Shown: positions 12,317 to 25,440, counted from the first letter of the stretch. The stretch: DNA of 64,000 bases from Takakia lepidozioides (GCA_030704615.1 CM060732.1:10788001-10852000); one strand, 5' to 3'. Numbers and translations are program-made. Notes: a model not told the origin generated them from the sequence alone.

Positions 12317-15300
12317 TCACATCTTACTATATCGTGCAACATTAGAAAGATGCCCCTCCCTTGATCTTTTCTCAACGGCCCTCCCAAACGCACGTAATTG
12401 TTCCTTTGACACTCGGTGTGGTTTGAAAAGCCATTCGCCTCCATCCACAGGAATTGTAGCTCCATTCACAAACTTACCTGCATCACACAATGACACTTCA
12501 TTCCACTGGATTTCCAGTATACTACCCAAAGTGTGGCATTCATGAATGATTCAGGACTCTCTGGTGGTAGGTCTTCTCTGTCACTCTCGAGTTTCATATG
12601 TTATGGTCTTATGCTGAGAAACTACAACAGTGACACCCCCAGAATAAACCCTAACACCTTTTGCGCGTTCCCTCTCCGCTCAATCTCTTATGCTTGCCCT
12701 TTCTGCCTGACATAAATGGGCCAAAGAAAGCTCCCACTTAAAACTCAAGAATCTGAAATACCAGATTCCCATGTTTCGGCCAGAACCCCAGCTTTAACCC
12801 TCTGAGATTGACCTCAAAAGGGGGTGGGACAGGTACATCTAAAAGCTTCCAACATACATACCTTGTATCACTAGCTCGTTCACATCTTACTCCGTTCAAC
12901 ATTAGAATCTCTTGATCTTCTCTCAACAGGCCTCCCAAACCCACGTAATTCTTCCTTTGACACTAGGCGAGGTTTGAAAAGATATTTCCCTCCGTCCACA
13001 GGAATTGTAGTGCCATTCACATACTTGCCTGCAGCACGCAATGGCATTCATTCAACTATTTTTCCAGTACACTACCCAAAGTTGGCATTCATGAATGATT
13101 CACGACAGGGTTTTCATCGTCACTCCTTGAGTTTCCTATCTTATGTCGAGAAAACAGCCAATGTGGCTGTTCGGGGTGAGTTTGGCATTCCGTCCCTAAG
13201 CTCCCGACGAGATGAATTCAAGGTCAGATGGTGGGGTCAGCTGCAACATATGCCCAACACCAGATATCCTAAGTTAATCGACTCTATATCTTGGAAACAG
13301 GACCGCCCTGTCAAACAGGCTAAGTCCTGGCAGAAGAGAGTAGAAGAGATTCTCAAGGACCTGGACCTGGATCCGCAAGTCTTGACCCTGCTGGATAAAT
13401 CTTACTTAGAGGCTGTAGTGTCCTCAGCCATGTCTGTTGCCATGAGATTGTCTGATGAAAATGAAGTTAGGCAGAAAACTTCCCTGAACTTGTTTCCAGT
13501 CTGTGACATGGGGGAGGACATCTTGGATGACCTCAAGGGTCTACCCACTCTCGGCACTAGACTGAAATTAAACTCAGGGCAGGAAGCCTACCTTTGAACA
13601 GCAAACAGAAGCAGAGAGGAAAGGGAGAGTGCAATTGCCCGTTGTGTGGGCAATCTGAAGACAGTATTCATTTTCTGATACACTGTCCGGGGTTCTCTCA
13701 CCAAAGAGACGCTCCCTTCAAATCTATTAAGGGAATTGTGCCTGTACCCCTGTTTACCAACTTTGAAAGTCTCGAGGCTGAGCCAAAAGCCCAGGCCCTC
13801 CTGAGGCCTAGTTTTTGGGCAAATCACACACAGCAGATTGATGCTTGTGTGAAGGGATTTCTAGAGGATATCTGGAAAACCCGGATTAATTCTTTATATG
13901 GAGGTAAGTCTTACTACCAACGTCAGCCCCTGACAGAGGTAGGTTCTGTCCCTTTTGTTCCCGCTCAAACTGGGCGCGGGGTCAATGGCCACAAGGCTAC
14001 GGCAAACAACGTCTTATGAGTACAATCTTATGTCGAGAAACTACGACAATGACGCCTCAGAACAAACCCTCCCAAATTTTGCGCTCTCCCTCTGTGCTCC
14101 ATCTCTCACAAACACTACTACATCTTGCCCTTTCTGAACAACCACAGTCCAGTCTTACCTAGGTAAAATAGGAGTAGGTAGTACTGATGCTTTCACTATC
14201 AGGCTATCTAGTTTAATGTCAATGCCAGTCCTGAGCATCACAACTCAAGTCTATACAATCTGATTGTCAAGCTATATATATCTATATCAGTTTCAGGCTG
14301 GGTTCCAGCCATTTCAGGATGCAATGCCGTGACCAGCTCAGATGTTAGTACCCCCACAGAGGCTATGCCATGAAGTTTAGAGGACCATCAATGAGCACAT
14401 CATCTATGCTCCCTCTAGGCTCAGTGCAGATTCAAAGGCCAGAAGGCTACAGAAAGGCACATAGAACTTAGCCACATTCAAGGAAAGAGGGAGGGAGAGA
14501 GAATGTACTCATACGTTGTTTGCCGCAGCCTTGTGGCCATTGACCCCACGCCCAGCTTGAGCGGAACACAAAGGGACAGAACCTACCTTTGTCAGGGGCT
14601 GACGCCGGTAGTAAGACTTACCTCGGAATAAACAATTGATCCGGGTTTCCCAGATATCCTCTAGAAATCCCTTTACACAAGCATCAACCTGCTGTGTGTG
14701 GTTTGCCCAATAACTAGGCCCCAAAAGGGCCTGGGCTTTTGGCTCAGCCTCGAGACTTTTGACGTTGGTAAACAGAGGTACAGGCACAATTCCCTTAATA
14801 GATTTGAAGAGAGGGTCTCTCTGGTGAGAGACCCCGGACAATGAATCAGAAAATGAATAGTCTTCAGGTTGCCCACACAACCGGCAATTGCACTCTCCCT
14901 TTCCTCTCACTTCTGTTTGATGTTCAAAGGTAGGCTTCCCGCCCTGAGTTTAAATTTCAGTCTAGTGCCAAGAGTGGGTAGACCCTTGAGGTCATCCATG
15001 GTGTCCTCCCCCATGTCACAGACTGGAAACAAGTTCAGGGAAGTTTTCTGCCTAACTTCATTTTCATCAGACAATTTCCTGGCAACAGACATTCCTTTGG
15101 ACACTACAGCCTCTAAGTCGGATTTATCCAGCAGGGTCAAGACTTGCGGGCCAAGATTCAGATCCTTCAAAATCTCTTCTATTCTCTTCTGCCAGGACTT
15201 AGCCGTCGAGGTATGTGTAGGAAGGGAGGACCGGAATCTCTTGGCTTCCCCACTGCCACTTGAGATCACCTCCTCCCTCTCGGTCGTTGAATGCCACCAC

Positions 15301-18300
15301 TGCACATTTACTGACGTTAGCGTCTAGCCCCCAAAGGTCAAAGTATCTCTTCGCACAATCAATCAACTCCTGGAGATTGGAAGGAGTCTCCCCTATGCCT
15401 GCGAAGTCATCCGCAAACATAAGGGCTGGTATGGTGGCATCACCCACCCTTAACCCAAATCCCTCACTTTCCACATCCTCGAGGAGTTGATTGATGAAAA
15501 CATTGAAGAGCAGAGGGGAGAAGGTACATCCTTGAGCTACACCTTGGTCTATGTCAAAGAAGTTAGACCTCTGTCCATTAACAGTGACACAACTTTTGGT
15601 GGGAGCATACAAGTTATGGACAACTCTCCACATCTTTCCCTTGATCCCACATGACCAGAGTCGGAGCCATCGAATGTCTCTCCACACAGCGTCATAAGCC
15701 TTTTTGACATCCAAGAAAAATCCAAAAGTGAGTTTCCCTTCTTTTTTCCTTCCCTGGATAATCTGGCTTAGAGTAAAAAAATGATCCACACAGCCCCTGT
15801 TTCGCCAAAAGCCAGGTTGGCCTTCATGGAAACAACCTCTAGATTCCAGAGGAACCTTGAGACGAGTACTTATAACGCTGCAAAATATCTTGCCAACTGC
15901 ATTGAGGAGCGTGATGCCTCCGTGGCTCCCCGGTTCTTCTCTGTCACCCTTCTTCTATAGATTGACAATGACCCCCTGTCGCCAGTGAAAGGGGATCATT
16001 TCAGTCTTCCAGATAAGGTTAAGGAGAAGTACAAGGGCCTCTATCATTGGATTGCCGCCGTGCTTGATAGCTCGTTGCCTGTGCCATCAGGTCCACCAGC
16101 TTTATATCCGTTTAAATGCTCAATTGCTTCCACAATCTCAGAAGAACTAATTACTTCCCTTAAATGGACACCTACTTTTGTATCTAAGAGTGGCAGTCCT
16201 TGACCTTGAGATGGGAGCGTTGTAACCCTTTGAAATATACTCCAGTTCATCACGCTGTCTTGAATCATAGGAACAGTTTTTCCAACTGTGTCCTTTCATT
16301 CTTCAGAGGACCCCTCACTGTTAGACCCAGAAATTCTGCCAAGCATACTGTAGTGGGTTTCAAAGGTTTTGACAATGTCAACCGTAGAAGTCACCACTGC
16401 ACCCTTAGTAGTCCCCAGCGCTTGTACTTGCTGACAGTTTTTCGGCTTGTACAAACGTTGAAGGGCCAACCAGAATCTCTTGTCATTACCACCATGGTGG
16501 TTTGAGTTTATTTCCCTGTATAGCTTGTCCCAGTATAATATCTTCTGAGAACTTACAAGCTGATTGATATCTTTGCGGATCTATAGTACTTAGCCCACAA
16601 TTCTTTGTTAGTATTCAAATTGCAGCACTCTTTATAGAGGACTCGTCTCTCAGCTATCTTGAGTTTAATCTCGTTGGTCCACCAATTAACAGCTCTACCG
16701 CAGTTTCCTCCCAATGATCTTGTCAGCCACAGAGGAGACGAAACTCTCCCAAGAATCCACTGCTCTTTCGACTGCTCTTTCGACTTCATTTCTTGCATTG
16801 CCGGAGCGAGACTGAAGGTCTTTGAGCGAGTGGACAAAATGAGGGAGAGCCTCTTGCAAGGCCTGGACATACTCAACCTTGACCTCTTCATTTTGGAATT
16901 TTTCTATGCGCCACTTCTGAATCGAACATTTCACAGATCTCTTGGTGTTGGGAAAACACCTTTTGATCTCAGTCCAGGAAGTGGTCAGAAGGGAGAGAGA
17001 GAGAGAGAGACATACGACTGTTGTTTTGCTCTGCCTTTAATGAGACATTCCTACTTCAATTGTTGCTTCCCAAGGGAGGCAGATCTGTTTGTGAGAAGGC
17101 CCTACACAGTGTGCATGCATCTAATTGCCACTTAGAACACTGATCTTCCAGTAAGGATTTTAGTGGGAGGTCTGGGGGCAGATCTGGGTTGAGACAAAGA
17201 GGAAGACTGCTGCTGAAGCAGACTAAACTCAAGTGTCACTTAACTTCAAAGGGCTACTGCCATAATGGGTAACATGCAATATACACCTATGTGGCTTTGA
17301 AGCCACGACCACTTGTAAGGCCGCCTGTGCCCTAACCACTGGACCATCTGTTGGATGCTTTGGGTTGAGACAGTTTGGGTGTTTGTTAGTTATGGAGTCA
17401 CTAAGCTCACCCTCCCATCCTTGTGGTTAGGATGAGGTTACTATGTCAATGGTTGCCAAGTAGGCACCAACAGTTCCAATGGGGTGAGTATACATATAAT
17501 CCCCACCCACCCTCCCTCCCTCCCTCCCTCCCTCCTCTAGTTAGAGTTGTATGTCTTATAAATCTGCTTTTTTGACTACGTTTTCACAAAGTGAGGAATC
17601 TCTCAGCAACCGTAATGGAGTTTATATGATGGGGGTATAAGCTTTGTGTCTTCATACTCCCATGATGGGGACTGAAAAACAATGAAGGTCTGCAATGGCG
17701 CCTGAAAATACTGTATGTTGATGTGCCATGACTATCCATGTGTTTCTATGTGAGATCATTTTCAGTTTGATCACGAGCTGTCTGTTCTCTCTCTCTCTCA
17801 CCCTGCACACACAACCCAAAGTGACAGGTGGAAGCCTCCTGTGCCCTGCACATCCCCATGCATGTCATTTCTGTGGTAAACACAGGGGCTACAGAGCTAA
17901 AATCAATAACTATGCAACCGGGCTGTGGAGTTTGCATGCGGATAAGTGCCTCAATGGCAGTTGCGGGAAAATAAGTTTTTATCTGCAGCTGAACTGCAGG
18001 GATAAGCTAACCCCACAAAAGGCTCCAGGAAGGTTAGTTTCCCTCAGGGTCAATGGCCCATTAGGTATGACCCATGCTTAGTAATGGGTGTACCTTTTAC
18101 AAGTGGCAACGGCTGTAGTGACCTATGGTGTGCTCATTAAGGCAGATATGGCACCATTTCTGCTCATTAACCATATCTGGTTTCTCTCCTTCCGTAGAGC
18201 AGGTGAGAAGAAGGGAGGTGAGAGGGCTTACACTTATATTCACAATGCTGCTCAAGACATGTAGTCCTTCGTTGACAAGAAGCATTGGTCAGACATGATA

Positions 18301-20997
18301 CACCCCCCCCACCACCACCACTCACTTGCTACTTTAAGGTGCTTTCAGATATGATTTCTATCTAGTGATGACATATATAACAGTTGTTAAGCCGTTTCAG
18401 CCTGGTATTCCATAGCTTGACACTAACTATGATCGTGTGTGCATAACTATGATGAAACTAGGTGAGGCGGCTTCACTTTCTTTAGATGGTAAATATACAA
18501 GAAAGACTAAGTGGGCAAGGAAGAACTGAGGGCTGGCTTGGCTGCTTGGTAGGATATGGACCTACAGCATTGCTGGTCCACGGTTAAGTTTTTGAACGTT
18601 CTCAGACAACCATATGACCTTGTTCAAAAGGAAATCATGCATGAGCTGAATTCTATGCTATGACTTGACTGGATCTTGGACTAGATAATAGTTCAAAATC
18701 TGGTTTCTATGATCCTGTGGTTTAGGAATTACTCATAAGACTTTGTTTGCCATAGCCTTGTGGCCATAGATCCTGCGCCCAGTTTGGACAGAAACATAGG
18801 GAATAGGCACTACCTTTGTGAGGGGCTCACTCCAGGAGTGTGACTTACCTTGATATCACCTAAACAAATAGAAAAGTTAGACCCCCACAGGGTCAGGGCT
18901 TTAGGCTCAGCCTCGAGATTCTGTGGTTTAGGGAATGACATATAGAGATCTAATGTTGAAATGGCTGAACATGGGTCAGGTGTACGACATCTCCAAACTG
19001 TTCAGGAACTAGATCTAAATGATCTAGAACCTTACTAGTCTTGACATGACTAAACAACACTCCTCTATTTTGGGTCTAGGGCCACACGGCTACAGAAAAC
19101 AACCTCACATGAGTACATTCTCTCTCTTGTCTTCATTGCTGATACTAGATGAACGAGGTAAAATCAAGAGAAAGACAAAAAGTAAGAAACTTGAGCAACT
19201 TACAGAGCATACAGCTCTACAGACAGCCCTCAAGCTGCAGATGATTAAGAGAGACACATGAAGAAGGTGGGGAGGGGAGGAGTGACCTGCGTCAGACGCA
19301 AGGTACAAACAGGCCATAGCAATATCCCACTTGTCACCCAAGTTGCCCAAGGGCACCGACTCATATCCCTTGACCCCAGCTTCTTCTGGTGCCAGCTTGT
19401 TCATGCCCGGGGTGTCAGCAATAGGGCCAGGTGCAATCCCATTAGTTCGAATGCCATAGTCTGTTCCCCACTCCAGAGCCAAACTTCTAGTGATGCTGTC
19501 TATGGCTGCCTGCACAGTTGCAACCAGCTGGTTCTGTTCAGATACAAATAACGTACCCTGCTAAAAAAGAACATCAATTCAAAAAAATGTGCTACTGAAT
19601 ATGAAGACTGAGAGGCATTGTCAATAGTCAACCAGCCCAGTTTTAAGTAGCTGTGTGTATGTGTGTGTGTGTGAGAGAGAGAGAATGTACTCATAAGACG
19701 TTGCTTACCGTAGCCTTCTGGCCGTAAACCCTGCGCACAGTTTGGGCTGAACGAAAGGGAGCAGAAACTACCTTTGTGAGGGGCTCACTCCGGTAGTGTG
19801 ACTTACCTTGATAAAGACAATTAGATTGGGTTTTCCAGATATCCTCTAGAAAGCCCTTCACACAAGCATCAACTTGCTGTGTGTGAGCCACCCAGCAATT
19901 ACACCCCAAGAGGGCCAGGGCTTTAGGCTCAGCCTCAAGTGTGTGTGAGAGAGAGAGAGAGTCAAAATTGTCATGTGGATGATGGAAATCAGAATGTGGC
20001 CACTGTCATCCCTGGAGGTAATGGGTAGACATTCCCATGTGAAGAAAATTGACTTCTTCATAATCTTAATTTGTGCGAGGTTCAGATGATATTGGAAAGA
20101 GGGGCAGTGACAGTTATCTGATGCTCTTGGTCAGCTCTTAAAAATACCCACTGCACTCCATCAGAGCAAAAGAAATCTGAGACAGGCAAAGAGAGAGACA
20201 GAGAGAGACCTTAGCTGCCGATACGTGAATCTGGTACCACTGCGCTGAGTATTGAAAAGTCGTGCTTATGTTTATGATAATCCCACTCTCCGAGGAACCC
20301 TTCCCTTTTCCTCCCCTCTTCAGATAATGCACGGCCGCATGGCACATGGTGAATGTGCCCAACGTATCGATATCCATAACTGTCAAACGAAACGTTAGAT
20401 ACAGAAAAATCAGTACCTAGAACAGGGCAGAAGCGAAAACTCATGATGACATGGACGGATAGCCACGCTAAGAAAAGAAAGAAAACAGAAAAACCAAGTC
20501 TCACTTATGAACTCTACCTGAATTTGTCTGCTTTTGCTTGGTGGTCGATAGGCACCTAGAGAGTCTTGCCTGTTTTGAAACCATTAGGAGAGAGATCTTC
20601 AGGTGCAGTCAAAAAGTTGCCAGCAGCGCCATTGACGAGAATATCAAGTCTTCCGAGCTGCTCAATCACTGTGTCTACTACTCGGGCGGCGTCCTCCTTC
20701 TTCCGAACGTCTCCTTCCACCCCTAGGGCCTGCTCGACACCCATCCTCAACCACTAAGGAATTTTCCCTCACTCCGACTCCTGCTACATCAAAATCGTTA
20801 GAATTCACCTCAATACCGAGGGCTCCAAGCTTGATAACGGCCGCATCCAACACTTGCTTCCTCCGTCCCATGATAGCAACCTTGGCTCCATGAAGGCCAA
20901 ATTGCGTAGCAATTTCAAGTCCAATACCTGACCCTCCACCTGTATGCAGCGCCACTTTTCCTATCAAAACTGTTGATCGGAATGGTGATACCTCCAT
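12317..20997 (-). CDS. DECR2: Peroxisomal 2,4-dienoyl-CoA reductase (SDR). Exons 20997-20809, 20729-20570, 20379-20210, 19509-19287, then last exon 13028-12880 or 12477-12317
   Basis: TGGGSGIG, NGAAGNF, WYQIHVSAAK, LALEWG motifs; exon phases add up; both last exons end SKM-stop (PTS1); intron 2 needs a GC donor. Confidence 0.92.
13154..14024 (+). mobile_element. 5'-truncated LINE (RTE/RTEX-like) with 16-bp TSD
   Basis: TSD ATCTTATGTCGAGAAA at 13138-13153 and 14025-14040; CCHC motif CPLCGQSEDSIHFLIHC; ends TGAGTACA. Confidence 0.88.
14503..16989 (-). mobile_element. Longer decayed copy of the same LINE (APE end, RT, CCHC)
   Basis: SDHF at the 5' break; FLDVKKAYD, GVAQGCTFSPLLFN, MFADD; TSD AGGGAGAGAGA at 14492-14502 and 16990-17000. 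Confidence 0.92.
18730..19130. mobile_element. Two short 3'-end relics of the same LINE (18730-18920 minus; ~19070-19125 plus)
   Basis: Match the family 3' end; the plus copy ends ATGAGTACATTCTCTCTC. Confidence 0.65.
19685..19938 (-). mobile_element. LINE 3' fragment in a (GT)n(GA)n microsatellite
   Basis: VDACVKGFLEDIWKT; flanking direct repeat GTGTGTGTGAGAGAGAGAGA at 19665-19684 and 19939-19958. Confidence 0.85.
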
Positions 20998-21049
20998 GTT
21001 ACCTCTCTCTCTCTCTCCGATTGATGCAGACCCGATTAGTTTGTCTATA

Positions 21050-21150
21050 TCACGGTAAGTCCCACTACTGGAGTGAGAGCCCCTCACAAAGGTAGTGTCT
21101 GTTCCCTTGTGTTGCCACAAGCTACAGCAAACAATGTCTTATGAGTACAT
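21050..21150 (+). mobile_element. LINE 3' relic just upstream of the reductase start codon
   Basis: GAGTGAGAGCCCCTCACAAAGGTAG...AAACAATGTCTTATGAGTACATTTTCTCTC. Confidence 0.7.
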
Positions 21151-22337
21151 TTTCTCTCCCTCTGCCAGTTGCTCTCTTTCCTTTACAATCAATCAAGAGA
21201 AGCAACTCATACTCTCTCCCAATGCCAATCCGAAGGTTTCTCTGACGACCCACCAAAGAGGACAGAGGAAAGAACAACAAAAACTTAGCGTGGTGGAGTG
21301 AGCCATCGCCCAACTAGAACGGGGCTAGGCACTCGGCTAGCGCCTGGTGCCGGGCCCCTCATTTCAGGAATGCCCCCGTCCTGGGGCCTCACCCTACACA
21401 ACACTCGTGGGCCCGCCTTTCCCTTTCCCTCTCCGTTGCCGTGCCTGTTTTGTTGCTGACTTGCTTTTTGTCACTTTCTAAGAGGGGCCACTTTATGGAA
21501 GCAGCTGTCCACATCATTTTTGGCCGCTCCTTTCGGTCATCCTACATCCTACCTCTTACAGCTTTTTTACATATTCCATTTATAAAAATACGGATGGAAT
21601 CATTCATCTGCACCTGTCTTAGATTAATACGTTCTGTTAGAAATTGGTCATGAGAAAATCATCACACATATTTGCAAGTGGGGCCCTAATTCCTATTTGT
21701 TAGTTAAAAAATTCCGAACTAAGGCATGGACTCGTTGCAAGTGGATTACCTGTTTCTTGTGTTGATCTGGAAAGGTTTACATGTGCAAGTCACTGGGTGC
21801 GGTATTCATTGGGTATTCATCATTTATCAAAAACTGTGTTGCCCCGTGGACACGATCCAAATGCTACATAGAATTCCAGCGCCTCTCCATCTTATCCCCT
21901 GGCCTTCCCTTGGTCCTCAAGGGGAAAGCACCCTAATCTGTGCTGGCAATGCTTGAGCTGTCTCAAAGGAGGGAGATGCAACCTCCAACATGGGTACTTG
22001 ATCCTCAACCTGTGCAATTCAAGCGCATCTTTTACAGTTCATGCATTGAAGCCCAGAAATGGATTGGATAGTATTTTCAAATAGCTAGAGATATCACTGT
22101 CTCACTTGAGGGAGTTGAGTTTGTGTGCATTACATGAAAATAGCCTTGAAGCAGCATCTCTCAACTGCGGCCAGGTATCTCTGGTGGTCACAGCCATTCT
22201 ACAAGCCAATGCTTCCCCCTTCTTGGGCCCCCTCATAAGCCTTGTGAGGACAATCTGATCTTACCTCGGTCTGGGCACTACCGTCTGTGTCTATGTTACT
22301 TTTTCCAGATGGTCTCGTCTCAGCCTGTGCAGACAAA

Positions 22338-25300
22338 CTAGGGGATCTCCATCTGTCGCCTCACAAGGTCTTCTACTCGTTCTAGTGTAACACGCTGTCG
22401 GCCGCCCCGTGGTTTCAACTGGAACTCAATGTCTGCAGCTTCAAAGTCCCCCTACATCAACCAGTGAAACACATCACTATGAGGATCACAACTGAAGATA
22501 TGTTGAGAAATATGGGTCCATGATATCAGTATAAGAACTTTTGAGGACAACTGCAATGGACAGGCCACCAGAAACACAATTTGAAAACCACCACCATAAC
22601 TTGTAGGCTTTATCATTTCAACAAATATGAATCTACCATAGTCTCCAGCTTTGATAGAAGCTAGAGTTTGACCATGTTCAATAGAACTTCACCTGTTTGA
22701 AGAAGCCTAGACTCAATATGAATTGGGATGATGTCTTAGGGTCAATTGCCAGGCATTTCGTTTCTCATGCAATTTAGCTGAGCAGTTATGGAATATATCA
22801 CTAATTGACTTTGGATAACTGTACATATACAGGTTTCATATGATACCAACTTCAGGACTTTTCATGTTTATCACGCACGGCTTTATAGGCAAAGCGCTTG
22901 CCACAGTCTGTGTGAGAGCAGACATATGGCTTCAGTTCCAGATGCACGGCCCTTATGTGCTGGTCCAGGTTGGATTTCTGATAAGCACCACCAACAAATC
23001 CCTATGCACTTTACATAAGAATCTCAGTCACCCTTTTGGGGATGCCTGCAGCAAAGATGACCTATACAGTAGGTCCCAGAAAGACCGAAAACAGTGTGAT
23101 TTAACGACATGTTAACCACAATAATCCAGTCCAAACTTAAGTGAGGTCATCTAAAAAACCTTTGAAAATGTGAGCAAGTAGCATTCCAAATGAATATTTG
23201 CTTACACACACTTTGGTGAAATCATTTACACATTCTTCTGCAAGTTCGGGTGATGCATGTCCTGCTGCTCAGGCTTGGTCTATGTTGTTTCCATTGGCTA
23301 TATCCAAAAAGAAGGTTCCATTGGCCAGGGATTCCAGTTGATGCTACTTTATCCACTTTCAAAGTCTTATTGTTGAGCCTGCATTCACTCTAAGGATCAG
23401 CCCTGCTCTGAATGCAAGGAACATCCATCTAGATGTACTTGCTCATGCACACAAGAGGCTCGTGCTGGTGCCACAGATTGGATAAGTCTTGCCCTTGAAC
23501 ATTTACAGAATGTTCTGAGAGCTTCTGGCAGGTGTTGGCACATTTCTACCTTCTTCATTAAAATCTTTTAATATTTTAATATTTAACCTAAAGATTCTCT
23601 TCAAAAGATCGCAAACCACCTATACATCACAATAAACAAGGGAGCACCATAAAACATACCATGGAGTAACTGAATATGCAGCCAGAGTAGGTGCATTGGA
23701 ACAAGGGCGGTTTCTCATCATGCTTAAAAAGGTGCTGCTTTAACTGGTTCTTCGACATGGATGCCCCACAGATGTCACATACTACACAGCTATGTGAAAC
23801 TCTTGTGTGAGCTCTCAATGTAGTGAGGCATTGAAATATCTCTCCACATCCAGGCTCCATACATGCTACTGCTTTGTACTCAATGGGCACCACTCCTGGT
23901 CACAATACAACCTGCACACTTAGCATAGTAACAAAGGCTATTCTGAAGTGATCACAATCCCTACAACGAACCTGCACAATTAGCAACATAACTAAGGCTA
24001 CTGTGCAGGGCAAACGGGTGAGTTCTGTAATAATAGCCTGTTCCTATCCAACAACAACTAAAAGGCCCTACAGTCCATTCGAACCATTTACTATTGGTAA
24101 GAGCTAAAAAGATTCCAATTTCAAGATCTTGAATCAGAGGCTCTCTCATTGTATGAGAGTTGTTCTGCAATCCCCTATGCCCCATAAGAAATAAGAGACT
24201 TTCAAAACCTTCAGTGGAGTTCCTCCTCTTGGTTCAGAAAAGCAATGTGTTTTAAAAACTGTAGTTGCAGGCCATGGTTGCATGCCCAATGTGTGTCAAA
24301 ATCTTGAAGACATCTGTTGCATTCATCTGTGACTATCACTAGTGTCAGAAGCATCACTTGTAACCCCATCTCCAATTGTACAGAGGTATTGCTCTAAAAT
24401 GGATACAAGTTAGCTGCAGATGATGTTCCAATCAGTTCTACAAAAACCATCATTGAAACAGTGTCAAAAACTACTGCACATTTGAGTAAGTGTACCTGTA
24501 TATTCCATCTAGAGACAGAACGTTGGCTGTAGATTTTTCAGTGGATGCAGCACCGGGACTTCCCAGGAGGTCACCCACCCCAGTACTATTCCGGCCCAAA
24601 GACGCTAAACTTCAGAGTTCTGATGGGATCTGGTGTAGTAGCCTTGGTATGACCGCATCACTCCCATCTACAAAGTGATCATTGAATGCAAACCTGAATA
24701 GTGATAGATGTACTTTGCATTGCAGAGGACTAAATGAAACCAAGTTTCAGTAATCCACTCCAATACAAAAGAAAGACTGGTCAGCTTTGGTCAAGAGAAC
24801 ATTTTCATTGCCTTATGGATGTTTGGGAATCAGAAGTACAAATAAGGCAAGCTGTCTGGTCTACCCACCCACAAAGAAAAAGAAAAGCAGATAAGAAGTA
24901 CCCTGATCTTGGACTGACTTAGCGAGGGAGACACTCCAAAGCTACTGCACCGATCTATATCTACAACTAGACGTGATCCAGCATGCGATTGAAAGATGGC
25001 GTCCTGCATGTAAATATCCATATCATGGCAAACGACTAATTGAGAAGGGTGAAACATTGTGATAAGGTCAAGAGTGAGCATCCACAGTACGATAAGGCAG
25101 GAGCCAGACTTAAAGTAAATGACTAGCAAAATGACTGACAGCTTACTATGGACATTCTCTTTGTGAGTCCGCAAGAGGGACGGATAGCGAAAGGTTTTGC
25201 CGCAGCCGGGCTCGCAACACTCTAGATTTCCGTCTGATGCTCGCCTTTTACGACCACCCCCTAGTCTCCATTTCTTGTGCGCCTTGAGGTGTCTCTGCAG

Positions 25301-25440
25301 GTTTGCCTTAATTGTGAATGAAATCTTGCAACCCTCTACTGGGCACAAGAAGATTTTCCCCTGATGGGTAAATAGGTGGCGGTTGAGGTGATCTTGCCGT
25401 TTGTATGCTCTGCACCGGCCATGGAGCATTCAAAGGGTCC
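22338..25440 (-). pseudogene. TFIIIA: TFIIIA homologue, damaged or N-truncated. Exons 25440-25147, 23895-23660, 22977-~22820, 22451-22338
   Basis: YKRQDHLNRHLFTHQGKIFLCP, FRYPSLL, SNLDQHIRAVH, FAYKAVRDKHE and GDF...PRGG follow plant TFIIIA. Frameshift in the first visible finger; TGA at 22852-22854; fingers 1-2 not found. Confidence 0.85.
24542..24660 (-). ncRNA. Full-length (119 nt) 5S rRNA copy in a TFIIIA intron; candidate 5S-mimic cassette exon (24496 to 24667 or 24693)
   Basis: Minus strand TGATGCGGTCATACCAAGGCTACTACACCAGATCCCATCAGAACTCTG...GGGTGACCTCCTGGGAAGTCCCGGTGCTGCATCCA; no oligo-T terminator; flanked by AG and GT sites. Confidence 0.93.

Noticed and set aside
24542-24660. Functional Pol III 5S rRNA gene
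   Set aside because: Solitary, no oligo-T terminator, altered first base and promoter boxes.
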